From contig OZ024742.1 of assembly GCA_964016885.1 (NCBI GenBank), forward strand, positions 10,354,001-10,418,000: a DNA stretch of 64,000 nt, written 5' to 3'. The first letter of the stretch is position 1, and every line of letters starts with the position of its first letter. This document shows, piece after piece, positions 1 through 10,917 of the stretch. A program made the translations under genes and the position numbers. Source of the DNA: Eledone cirrhosa (taxonomy: Eukaryota). The notes below the pieces were generated by a model that worked only from the letters and a program-made list of their open reading frames with translations, ran no database searches and was not told where the DNA came from.

Positions 1-1346
1 TTAATATATATCTTCGGCATTGTACCGGCTTTCTGGAGTTCTTATCACTTATATAATATAATACATTGTTTCAAAAAATATGATCCCTTTAACATTCTTC
101 AACTTGATTCGTATTTATACCTGCAGAGTTGTAAATCTTGCCTAAGGACACAGTACAACGAAGGTTTGAAACACACTCATGAGAGTTGGACGGCAGGTCC
201 AGCTCTCCTGAGAGTTTATTACCCCTAAATTTGACTAAACGCGAACCCACAATTTTTACAGATATCGTGAACAATTTTGTTTTTTAACCCTCGGCATGCT
301 TCACTTAACGTTGTGTTGTTGTTGTAGAGTTGAATATCTTGTCTAAGAACACAATACAATGCCGTTCCTTGATCAGATTGGTCAGTACCCAAGATCTTGG
401 GTAACGACCGGAAGAATATGATCGCGAATACAAGCGCTCAAAATAGGAAAAGATCAGATTTATACCTTTAGTTTTAGTCTTGAAGAAATATATAAAAGAA
501 ATTAAGCTTTTGAACATCATGTAATATGAGGGTTGAATATCTTGTCTAAGGTCAAATACACACGCATATCCCTATACACACAGACCTATATACAGATCAC
601 AACAAAATGCATTACAGAAGAAATGATATTGCATCTATGATGGAAGCGCTGTCCAACTCGTGAATTAACGTGTAAAATGTTGACTATTCCACAGACACGT
701 GGACCATTAACGTATGTCCTACGTCTGACACATGTGGCATGACTGAATCTTAGATTAGCTTCAATCCATCCAATGGGCTTCCACACAGTTTCCGTCTACA
801 CAATGTCACTGAAGCGTGATGGGATAACGATGCAAGGCACTTGCTGAAGATAATCTCTCGCAATGGAATCGAACTCGGTACTTCGTGATTGCGAAGAGAA
901 CTTCTGAACCGTTCAGTCAAACCTGCGTCCTAATTACAATACTGTGTTTCTGGATATACTGTCTGTAGAGAAAGAGAGATCGAAGGAGGGGGAGTGAGAG
1001 ATGAAGAGAGGGATGGGGAGAACAGGAGGGGGAAGGAGTGATAGAGGGATGGGGAGAGACATGAGGGGGGGAAGGAGTGATAAAGAGAGGGGTGGGAGAG
1101 ACAGAAGGGGTTGGAAGGCGGTGTTAATCACTCGCCTGGAAATTAACAACAAAAATAGAACCATCTATACTTTATAATTTATGGTTGGCCTGTTGGAAAT
1201 TACAGATTGTTCCTAGATAGATGGGGATGGGGAAGGGGCGAATACTACAACAACAATTTTATTGAATAGATACACATCCTTATTCTCTCGGATAGGAAGC
1301 ACACACACACACACACACATACACACACACACATAGTGGTAATAAC

Positions 1347-1535
1347 TGTTTCTACTTTTGGCACCAGGCCAGCAATTACCCCAGTGCATTACTGGTACTT
1401 TATTTTATCGACCCCGTAAGGATGAAAGGCAAAGTTAATCTCGGCGGGATTTGAACTCAGATCATAAAGGGAGGTAACTCTATGCTTCAAAGCATGGCGC
1501 CCGACCCCCTACCGATACTGCCAATCCACCACCCT
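1347..1535 (-). mobile_element. tRNA-derived SINE, full-length, with 13-bp target-site duplication
   Basis: On the minus strand: A-box-like TGGCAGTATCGG, B box GAGTTCAAATCC, central GCCTTTCATCCTTACGGGGTCGATAAAATAAAGTACCAG (resembles the Meta-SINE domain) and 3' end GGCCTGGTGCCAAAAGTAGAAAC. TAGTGGTAATAAC is repeated directly at 1334-1346 and 1536-1548. Confidence 0.88.
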
Positions 1536-1840
1536 TAGTGGTAATAACGTGGTGGAAATATCAACGGTATACAGCAACCCAAGTCTGTAGGGAGAGTTTT
1601 AAGGTCAGTTACTATAAGGGAGTCATACCATAACGTACGTTTCGTTGAGCTGGGGAACCAACTCTTTAAACGATCCATGTAGTAACTGGCCTTAATTATG
1701 TGTGTGTGTAAGACGGTATCACTTATACATCTTCAGTATAATACATCATGCTGTTATGCACATTTTGTGGAGTGCTTATGTCTGATTACACCTCCATCGG
1801 TCGATTGCTTGATCAACCAGCACTGTTTACTTGGAATATA

Positions 1841-1881
<41 letters not shown>

Positions 1882-3137
1882 CTTTATTCCGCTTGAAAAA
1901 AAAAATATAGATTCATAGACGCTGCATTTTATTCTGACTATCAGACAAAAAAAATGTTTTATTGAAGACAAAACTTAAATGCCTCATACCCCCCCCCCCT
2001 ACATATTACATTCACTGTGATTACCCCCACCCCCTCCACACACACACAGTAAGATGCAGTATGACCAGATAGTTAAGAAGTTAGCTTTGCAACCAGTAGG
2101 GCCTCAGTTCGATCTCACTACCTGTTCTATTATCTGAAAATATGTTAGTTTCTCACATATGTAATACAGATTGTTTAACATATTCCATCAATAGAGATTA
2201 TCCTTGCAATTAGCAGACCAAACATGCCCTTAGATGTTTTTTTAAATCTAAAAATAACATGGGAGTGGGTTATCACCTGGGAACTAAAGAATACAGAATA
2301 GAAGACGACTCGAGAAGGCAACTGACATGTTTCGATTTAATAGACCTTTCAGCTAAAGAGATAATTTTGCCAATAAAAGCACATGGAATATTCTTTTTCA
2401 TTTCAGCTTTATTAGTTAGTTCGTCAAATCTCTTTTGTCACACAAAATGTGACCTCCTCAATGATTATTTTACTTCTGTCTCCTCGTCCTTTTTTATCTT
2501 AATCCGTTTACTCCATCTTATCTGTTTCAACACACGATTTCACATCGAGAATATTGCAAAACAAATGCTTAATTGTAATTTCTTTTACAGCCATATGTAT
2601 GGTGAGGCTGAGGGGATATTAGCAACGAAAAAATTACAAAATGGTAGAAAGAAAAAACAAAGAAACAAACAAAATATATAAACGGATAAAAAAAAAAACA
2701 GAAAAATTAATAGCATGTGTTTATTACTTCCCTAGCAGCAGAGCCAGCAAACTCCATCACGCTACATAAGGCAACACATTCGAAGCTGAGCTGAAGTAGA
2801 TAAGATATAAAACAAAGAGATATATAGAAGGCTGGCAGATAGGTAAAAGATATCAAGCTACATTTGTTCATATCGATTGGAACATATTTATAAATAGGCA
2901 AAAATCTCATAAATTTCCCAGCGACCAGTGGACGTGTTGAAATCAAAAGATAATGTTCATAAATTGGACGAAACCCAAATTAGGCGAAAAACGTAACTAT
3001 TATTTTCACAAGGCTTATTGTTCCTCTTAAATATAACTAATTTATCTATCTGCTGGACCCTTTTCCTTCAAACATCATTTCAATTTTTCCTCCTCATTTA
3101 TTTTTTATTTTTCTAATATATAGTCTGAGAGCGTGGT

Positions 3138-3333
<196 letters not shown>

Positions 3334-3548
3334 GTGATTCAGTTGATTCGTGGTTTACAGATGAAGGTACCAATATCAGCACTATGCTAGAGCAGAGAGT
3401 ATATATTAAATATATTAACAAAACTAGGTTTCACATTAAGTTTTTTTTATTGATTATGCAGTTTCGTTCTTTACACACACACACATATATACAGAAGGTC
3501 CCGTTAAGGGTGAAAGCAGCGATTCTTTGCTTAAAATTTAATCTGTTA

Positions 3549-3579
<31 letters not shown>

Positions 3580-3775
3580 TTCGTTTCTGAATTTGTTTAG
3601 CAAGATTCTTTATCTGAAAACGTGTGTTGAAACCGATATTGTTATACTTTGGGAGGGTCATGTTGCCAATAAGAAACACACGCACCAGTTGCTTTCACTT
3701 CAATTTATTATAAATTAAATTTATAAATTTCCGGTTGGTTGGTTGGTTCCACAACCGGACGGTTGTTCATATATT

Positions 3776-3818
3776 GTCAAAGTTCTTTCGTCACACATTC
3801 TGTGACCTCTTCAGTGAC
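3776..3818 (-). ncRNA. Minimal type I hammerhead ribozyme motif (left arm)
   Basis: Minus strand GTCA-CTGAAGA-G-GTCACA(GAATG)TGTGAC-GAAA-GAAC-TT-TGAC: stem I GTCA/TGAC, 6-bp stem II, 2-bp stem III. Confidence 0.7.
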
Positions 3819-3928
3819 TGGGGATTCTTTTCTTTGTTTTTGTGCCTCTCCTTTGACAACACACACAAAAACAAGATGGCGTAGGACAGAACAAAGGAGA
3901 GGCACAAAAACAAAGAAAAGAATCCCCA

Positions 3929-3971
3929 GTCACTGAAGAGGTCACAGAATGTATGACGAAAGAACTTTGAC
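3929..3971 (+). ncRNA. Minimal type I hammerhead ribozyme motif (right arm)
   Basis: GTCA-CTGAAGA-G-GTCACA(GAATG)TATGAC-GAAA-GAAC-TT-TGAC; one mismatch in stem II relative to the left arm. Confidence 0.65.
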
Positions 3972-4509
3972 AATATATGAACAATCGTCTAGTTGTGGAA
4001 CCAACCAACCAACCGGAAATTTATAAATTCCTAATTTTATAAATTTAATTTATAATAAATTGAAGTGAAAGCAACTGGTGCGTGTGTTTCTTATTGGCAA
4101 CATGACCCTCCCAAAGCATAACAATATATATATATATATATAAACATTCACATCAGTGGTACTTTATATAAATATTAAATTGCCCTACAATGCTTGACAG
4201 ACATTTTATGTGATCCACACCGGAAATATGTATGACAAAGTTGACTTGGGTGAAATTTAGACATAAAATATCAACTAACTAGATGCTACATGCAATGGGG
4301 TCTGTTAATATTGATTCCGCCTATCATCGCCTATTACACCTGTGTTGTTGTTATTTGTCATGGAACTCCCAAAGAAGGTGTGAAGACAGTGTAAGGAAGG
4401 GGGGGGGGGGGCTATGAAGAATCATAAATTAAGATGAAAGGAAGAAATTTACTTTCTCACTTGAAAAGTCATAAAGAGAAAAACAATGAGATGAAAGGGA
4501 GTTCCAAAG

Positions 4510-5005
4510 TCTGGGAGTTCGACCCAGTAATATTTGGGGCGGAATGTTCCTATTAGGTTGTGGGTTCCTTGACACTGTTGTGTGTTGTTCTTGAGCAAAT
4601 CATTTCAATTCACCTTGTTCCAGTATACTCAACTGAAAATAAGTACCAGCAACAATAGCCGGGGGTTTAACCCGGCAATGGACTGACCTTCTGTTCAGGG
4701 GAGAGTCTTGCACTCTTAGTCACTTCAGGGCAAGGAAACCTGGATAAGCCTCGACATGATGAGCCTCTAGGATTGTGACAGACTTTAACACTTCGATGGA
4801 CAGAAGTCCAGTCCAGGGGAGTCTTGCGCTCTGTCATTTGACGTCACGGAAAACTGGATAAGCCTCGGCCTGGTAAACCTCTGGGCTCGAGACAGACTTT
4901 AACCTTGCGATTTACTGGAGTCCTGTACTCTCAGTCGTTTAACGCCACAGAAAATCAGGATATACACGAGCCTGATGAACCTCTGGTCTCGAGATAAACA
5001 TTAGA
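4510..5005 (+). mobile_element. Old SINE with CORE/V-like central domains and a 3' module repeated about three times
   Basis: B-box-like GAGTTCGACCC, GTTGTTCTTGAGCAA...AAGTACCAG, a V-domain-like GCAATGGACTG...GTTCAGGGG, and three diverged copies of GGATAAGCCTCG...GAGACAGACTTTAAC. Confidence 0.5.
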
Positions 5006-5404
5006 TTTTTCTCACTATTCTTCCAATCAACCTCTCCTAACAAATAACTAGATTCTACAAAGTATGATCTGCTCTGATGTTGCTTATTCTCTCTCTCTCT
5101 CTCTCTCTCTCTCTATGAACCTCAAGTTGCTCGCACATTGCTCGGTTTGTTGTTTTTTTTCACTGTTTTCTCTTTTCTTCCCTTTTCCCTTCTATTTTCC
5201 TTCCCTCCTTCCTCCGCGCTCTCGGGGTAGATATCTTGTCTTTAAAGTGTTGAAATATCCGAGATCCCCAGTAGATAACTGGTGAGGAAAACTCCCCACC
5301 CCCACCCCGTTCTTACTTCTTATTCTCATTCCAATTTTAAGCTACTTTAACTTGCAACTACACAACCAATCCTATTCTCCATATATTTTATAAATATATA
5401 TATA

Positions 5405-5655
5405 TCTTAGTCTTAGTTCCTCCAGTCCCTTGTGGAACATTGGGCGACGAGCTTCCTCCACTTGACCCTGTCACTGGCGGCCCTTCTAGCACCTCTCCAG
5501 GTAATTCCCATCTCCCGCAGGTCCTCCCTGAATGTGCTCCGCCATGTTTTTCGTGGTCTTCCCCGTTCTCTCCTGCCACCTTCTGGTACCCAATCCATGG
5601 CAATATGAGCAGGTCGATCTGCCGGCAAACGAAGGATGTGGTCCGCGAACTGTCG
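5405..5655 (-). mobile_element. RTE-clade LINE 3' fragment (ORF C-terminus)
   Basis: Translation HILRLPADRPAHIAMDWVPEGGRRERGRPRKTWR...DRVKWRKLV is the typical RTE C-terminal motif; short CTAAGA repeat tail; 5' end abuts (TA)n. Confidence 0.88.
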
Positions 5656-5703
<48 letters not shown>

Positions 5704-5747
5704 CAAAATATTAATAAATGAAGACGTTCACATAATCAATATATATG

Positions 5748-5809
5748 TTTTATTATATATATTTCGGAGGTACTGTGCTGTTTTATCAGTACGTCCTCGT
5801 CAGATAAAA
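5748..5809 (-). ncRNA. Type I hammerhead ribozyme, complete core
   Basis: Minus strand TTTTAT-CTGACGA-GGA(C)GTACTG[ATAAAACAGCA]CAGTAC(C)TCC-GAA-ATATATAT-A-ATAAAA: 6-bp stem I, 9-bp stem II, palindromic stem III, AUA site. Confidence 0.8.
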
Positions 5810-6394
5810 TACATGAATTGATTAATGACATACCTCAACTGTCTTGATGGTTCAATTCCAGTCTTGGCAGTGATTTATTACAACACTCAATATTTATATA
5901 CCACAAGTAATAACATGACAAACTAAATATGATGAAGAGAAGGATGTGGAGCGAGATATAAGTATCAGGAGGGGCTGAGTATGAGAAAACATAGAAGAAA
6001 TAAATAAACACATAAGTTTATAAATGTTAAAATATTTAAATGTGTAAATATCCATGTGTAAATATCCATATATATATATATATTAATTTCTGTATATATT
6101 TACCTCATGCCGTATTTGATATAATTTGTAGCTACAAGATTACATACAACGTCTAACATCATACACAAAATAAACATCGAAACTATATCTGCGATACACA
6201 CATTATATACTGTACATAGTGTATGATATCGTGTTACTAATGATAACTATCGTAAAGATATTTCTACATAGATATAACGATGTCTAGTTGTTATAACGTA
6301 ACACATCTTCTGGCTGCTGACACACTGAATGTGAACTGTTGCTTTCTATCTATATATATCTATCTATATGTCTGTCTATCTTTCAATCTACATA

Positions 6395-6465
<71 letters not shown>

Positions 6466-6469
<4 letters not shown>

Positions 6470-6577
6470 AAAAGGTTCAGGACCTCGAAGTCAGAGCTCA
6501 AGCCGTTTCGACGGCTATTTCAGTCCTGAACCTTTTCCTATTAGCCTCTCTACTATCCAAAGTATCGAGTACTCCTT

Positions 6578-6582
<5 letters not shown>
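6466..6582. mobile_element. Short fold-back element of the GAGCTC family with tail, in (TA)n
   Basis: TAGGAAAAGGTTCAGGAC...GTCCTGAACCTTTTCCTA inverted repeat, internal GAGCTCAAGCCGTTTCGAC, tail CTCTAC...GTATCGAGTAC; related to 26650, 29217 and 30315. Confidence 0.65.
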
Positions 6583-6627
<45 letters not shown>

Positions 6628-6696
6628 TTTCTTCTTCTTCTCACTCCATTTTAAGCTACCTTAACTAGCAACTACACAGCCAATCCTATTCTCCAA

Positions 6697-7540
6697 CAGA
6701 CTAGCAACTGAAGCTAGCTGTTGACAAGTGCACCACCATGCATTTTGTGAGTAAAAACCCACCGTCCACATACTCCTTCTACAACACTAATATCAGGAAG
6801 TCTTCTTGTGAACGTGACCTAGGCATTACGGTCAGCAGCGATTTGCGTTGGACGAAGCACGTCTCTAAAATTGTCAAGAAGGCCGAGGGCGTCTTAGCAT
6901 CACTCAGTAAGACCTTTGTCAGCCGCTCTCCAGCTATCTATTTAAAGCTGTACATGGCTATGGTGCGGCTACACTTTGAATTTGCATCACCAGTCTGGAA
7001 CCCCTATCTTGCTCAGAACATTGACTGCCTGCAATCTGTTCAGAGACGTGCAACCAAGCGAATACCCTCCATCAGATACCTACCATACTCTGAACGCCAT
7101 GCTTCCCTGGGCATGGATACATTGAAGCTCCGACGTCTGGCAACTGACTTGGTAAACACCCCCAACATTATTAACCATCTTGCCAACAACAACTCTGAGT
7201 ACCTTTTGATTTCCATGTGTCTTACACACGTGGGCATGCCCACAAAGTCAGAAAACAGCACAGCTCCCATGACTTTTAGAAACATTTTTTCACGCTCAGA
7301 GTTGCTGAAGTGTGGAACAAACTACCTGCATCAGTTATTAGCTGTGGAGACACTGCATCCTTTAAAACCTCCATGCTTCCTGAGATTCAACAACACTACA
7401 CCTAATATTCCCCCTCCTTACACATGCATACATGTATTTCATGACTCATACACTATTCACTTCCCTGACACAGATATTTGTATATTATTCTATGTACTAT
7501 ACATGCACCTTTGACGAGTTGTAGTGCACCTGAGCACTTT
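6697..7540 (+). mobile_element. CR1-group LINE 3' fragment (RT C-terminal region and 3' UTR), decayed
   Basis: QLKLAVDKC-TTMHF...ERDLGITVSSDLRWTKHV...LYMAMVRLHFEFASPVWNPY...LQSVQRRATKRIP are characteristic CR1/L2-group post-RT motifs; in-frame stop at the 5' end and a frameshift near 7205. Confidence 0.9.
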
Positions 7541-7593
7541 ACACTGGCCTTCTGCTTAAAGTAGAAACAATTATTATTATTATTATATTTATA

Positions 7594-7765
7594 ATTGTTT
7601 CTACTTTTGGCACAAGGCCAGCAAATACCCAGTGCATTACTGGTACTTTATTTTATCGACCTCGAAAGGCAGTTAACCTAGGCGGGATTTGAACTCAGAA
7701 TGGCAAGGGCCGTAACTTTATGCATCAAAGCATGGCGTCCAACCCTCTACCGATACTGCCAATTC
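7594..7765 (-). mobile_element. tRNA-derived SINE (same family as 1347-1535)
   Basis: Aligns by eye to the 1347-1535 copy. Confidence 0.85.
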
Positions 7766-7767
7766 AT

Positions 7768-7960
7768 AATGGTGGATTGGCAGTATCGGTAGAGCTTCAG
7801 ACACCATGCTTTGCAGCATAGAGTTACGGCCCTTACCATTCTGAGTTCAAATCCCGCCGAGGTTAACTTTGCCTTTCATCCTTAGAGGGTCGATAAAATA
7901 AAGTACCAGTAATACACTAGGTAATTGCTGGCCTTGTGCCAAAAGTAGAAACTATTATTA
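7768..7960 (+). mobile_element. tRNA-derived SINE
   Basis: GGTGGATTGGCAGTATCGGTAGAG...GAGTTCAAATCCCGCCGAGG...AAAAGTAGAAAC(TAT)n. Confidence 0.88.
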
Positions 7961-8011
7961 TTATATATATATATATATATATACCGTCTTACTTGTTTAT
8001 TATTATCATTA

Positions 8012-8200
8012 TGTGGATTGGCAGTATACGTAGAGGATCGGACACCATGCTTTGCAGCAAAGAGTTGCGGCCCTTTATGGTCTAAGTTCAAATCCCGCCG
8101 AGGTCAACTTTGCCTTTCATCCTTACGGGGTCGATAAAATAAAGTACCAGTAATACACTGGGATAATTGCTGGCCTTGTGCTAAAAGTAGAAACAATTAT
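8012..8200 (+). mobile_element. tRNA-derived SINE, part of a local tandem duplication
   Basis: Same family; the downstream flank CGTCTTACTTGTTTATTATT is duplicated at 7985 and 8224. Confidence 0.85.
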
Positions 8201-8241
8201 ATATATATATATATATATAAATCGTCTTACTTGTTTATTAT

Positions 8242-8283
<42 letters not shown>

Positions 8284-8371
8284 CATTCTATGCTAGGCCA
8301 CATTTAGGCAACATTTTAGCTCCTTAGTAATTCATACGTTGTGTATGTATATATATGATAATAATAAACAA

Positions 8372-8964
8372 GTAAGACGATATATCCCAGTATAACCTGT
8401 CTCATGGTCGGGTCGTTGGCGACTAAACTGGCAACCTCACCAAGGTTTCTTGGTGAGGAGGGTGACTTTGGACCTCCTGCAGGACTAAAAACAAAACCTG
8501 TCAAAGGGCAAAGGAGCTCTTAAGATTCAATGGTCATCCAAAATCACCGGGAGAGATGACCCCTTAGCCTTTGTCAAGGCAGAATTCTAGGAGAAAGAAA
8601 ACTCTGATATAATACCTGCAACCCTGATGGTATCCAATGATGTTGACTTGTTCTTCTTTTTGGTAAATATCATCTTGGTTAAGAGAGTGGGACTGGCTTT
8701 GTGCAGTGCCTTTGCTCACTATAAAAGCTTCACGGCACAGGCATTGCTTTATATCTGGAGATCTCTCTGCACTTGTCGTCACATGGTACCATGGGCCCAG
8801 CACTATGTGTCAATAATTGTCACAATTGTAGTGTTTGTATTGTACCAGAGTTTTCAAGTCGCTGGCTGGACTAAAAAGTCACACTTGTTCAGCGCATTGG
8901 TAGGGGTTCTCCTACATGGATATAAAGTAGTGGCCGTACTCGAAAACGAGTTGGCAGCCACCAT
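8372..8964 (+). mobile_element. ~600-bp non-coding interspersed repeat, subfamily A (RTE 5'-UTR-like, non-autonomous)
   Basis: Near-identical copies at 29652-30091(-) and 50747-51355(-); contains CTAGGAGAARGAAAACTCTGA, reminiscent of RTE 5' UTRs; ends in hairpin GTGGC..ACTCG-AAAA-CGAGT..GCCAC. Confidence 0.7.
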
Positions 8965-8970
8965 GTATGT

Positions 8971-9005
<35 letters not shown>

Positions 9006-9593
9006 CTGGAAGAAGGGGAGTAAGAAGCGCGTGCACGTGAGAGAGAGCGGGAAAGAGAGCGAGAGAGTGGTGTGTTTTGTTTTTAGTTAAAGTATATATT
9101 CCTATTATATACTTTACGTTTGTGTTACATTTGTGTGGATGTACCTATGTATAGGTAGAGGTGTCTGTCTGTGTATGTCTCCACGTCGCCCGTATGTGTG
9201 AGTGTATGTATGTATATGTGTGTATGTCTCCACGTCGCCTGTATGTATGAGTATGTATGTATATGTGTGTATGTCTCCACGTCGCCTGTATGTATGAGTA
9301 TATGTATATGTGTGTATGTATGAGTATGTATGTATATGTGTGCGAATGCGCGCTCACGTGCTTCTTGTTAAATGTCTTTTTCTTTTTTCTTCTTTTTTTT
9401 CTGAATTAAGTCTTGGAGTAGTATATCGATTGTTCACATAAATCGATGAGGGGGAAAAGAATGCCTACAGTGATGTTAAGTCTGACAAAGGTTTGTAGTA
9501 GTATCTGTGGGGGGGGGGGGGGGGGCTGTAGTGGAATTATTAAATGAATGAAACTGTCTAACACCCACCCTCTGTATTTACACACGCCTGCCC

Positions 9594-9713
<120 letters not shown>

Positions 9714-9789
9714 CAGGGTAACATGTTTAATGAGAGGTGGGGAAGAAACAAAGAAAGTGTCAAACCGAGAGTTTATATTTTTCTATTTT

Positions 9790-9857
<68 letters not shown>

Positions 9858-9859
9858 TT

Positions 9860-10224
9860 GTGTATAATGGTAGCTATGGTGCTTCCATAGGGGGTATGCC
9901 AAAATTAGCACTCCATATTCATACAGAGTAGAGTGTGGATAGTATAAAAAAAACGAAAAATCAGTGATGCATCTGGACTCAGTTTATTGCGTGTTACAAT
10001 TGTTTCGCCGGCAGGTAGCTCGAGACATGATCCCTGTATGGATCTGGCTGATTCTACGGCTGCAGGTTCCTTCGGACACGGGTAGTTCGTTCGGAGCAAA
10101 TTTTCTCATTGAGGAAATTTGCTCCGAACGAACTACCCACCCATGTCTCGAGCTACCTGCCGGCGAAACAATTGTAACACGCAATAAACTGAGTCCAGAT
10201 GCATCACTGATTTTTCGTTTTTTA

Positions 10225-10230
<6 letters not shown>
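9860..10230. mobile_element. Fold-back element with long-stem-II hammerhead and left tail, in (TA)n
   Basis: Inverted repeat ~9940-10230 (right arm internally deleted), tail 9860-9940; homologous to 62197-62610. Confidence 0.75.
9990..10080 (-). ncRNA. Variant hammerhead motif with extended stem II
   Basis: Minus strand CGTGT-CCGAAGGA-ACCTGCAGCCGTAG...CTACCTGCCGGC-GAA-ACAATTGT-A-ACACG: 5-bp stem I, palindromic stem III, non-canonical core. Confidence 0.55.
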
Positions 10231-10264
<34 letters not shown>

Positions 10265-10299
10265 TAATAATAATAATATTTATACTTATATATGTTTAA

Positions 10300-10683
10300 T
10301 ATACAATTATAAATATGGAGGGTAGTACTAAGCACTAACAGGTAGTACTAAGCACTAACAGGTTACCGGTATGATAATAAGCTCATGTGTATTACAGAGC
10401 CAAGATACAAATATTAAAACATTCAAATCTTAGTTTAATACATTTATTTGCTGACAATTGTTTCTTCCAGAGGGATGTCTGGAATCATCATTAACCCCCG
10501 ATTTTCTGTATGATGTCTATGACACTAACAAGTTATGTATCTACCTAAATGTTCTGAAGACTAGGATTTTAATCACCTGTTTAAGCATTCCCTATGCTCC
10601 GATGAATCCAGACATATCTCTGAAAGAAACAATTGTCAGCAAATAAATGTATTAAACTAAGATTTGATTGTTTTAATATTTAT
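10300..10683. mobile_element. Fold-back element with hammerhead in both arms, in (TA)n
   Basis: Arms ~10408-10489 and ~10600-10683 are reverse complements; the left extension contains a 20-bp tandem duplication GGTAGTACTAAGCACTAACA. Confidence 0.7.
10595..10641 (+). ncRNA. Minimal type I hammerhead motif (core U-to-C variant)
   Basis: TGCT-CCGATGA-ATCCAG(ACATATCT)CTGAAA-GAA-ACAATTGT-C-AGCA. The opposite arm (10449-10490, minus) reads TGATGA-TTCCAG..CTGGAA-GAAACAATTGTC-AGCA, so the consensus is a canonical GUC hammerhead. Confidence 0.68.
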
Positions 10684-10707
10684 TTATATATATATATATA
10701 TACCAAG

Positions 10708-10880
10708 TTTAATATAGAAATGGCTTCTACAGGAATATAACTGTTTCATTCAAAACAAATCATTCAAATGAAATAGTTCTAATCCTGTAGAAGCCATTTC
10801 TATATTAAAATTGACGTTTAGGCTCTACTAATGTATTGAGTACGTTACTAACTGTGGTTATCCACGATTGACCCCCCCCC
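10708..10880. mobile_element. Fold-back element of the TAGAAATGGCTTCTACAGG family with tail
   Basis: TTTAATATAGAAATGGCTTCTACAGG...CCTGTAGAAGCCATTTCTATATTAAA followed by tail GCTCTAC..GTATTGAGTAC..CTGTGGTTA. Confidence 0.7.
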
Positions 10881-10882
10881 CC

Positions 10883-10917
<35 letters not shown>

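Larger units (their letters stand above)
3580..4128. mobile_element. Fold-back element (Penelope-like pLTR remnant): inverted repeat ~3636-4128 plus one-sided tail ~3580-3635, flanked by (TA)n
   Basis: Left arm (ATATTGTTATACTTTGGGAGGGTCATGTTGCC...) is the reverse complement of the right arm. Each arm holds a hammerhead motif. A related copy lies at 38310-38665. Confidence 0.75.

Noticed and set aside
4968-5000. CTGATGA-ACC-TCT-GGT as a hammerhead
   Set aside because: No GAAA box or stem III; part of a SINE 3' module.
7543-7590. CR1 3' end identical to the SINE tail (a LINE-SINE partner pair)
   Set aside because: Equally explained by a truncated SINE inserted at the LINE end; only one junction is available.
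7768-7860. tRNA gene
   Set aside because: A/B boxes are present but there is no cloverleaf, and the sequence continues into a multi-copy SINE body.
8564-9040. Conserved small proteins recurring at 8.6, 29.8 and 50.9 kb
   Set aside because: Copies of one interspersed repeat with frameshifts between copies; subfamily B keeps the structure, not the reading frame.
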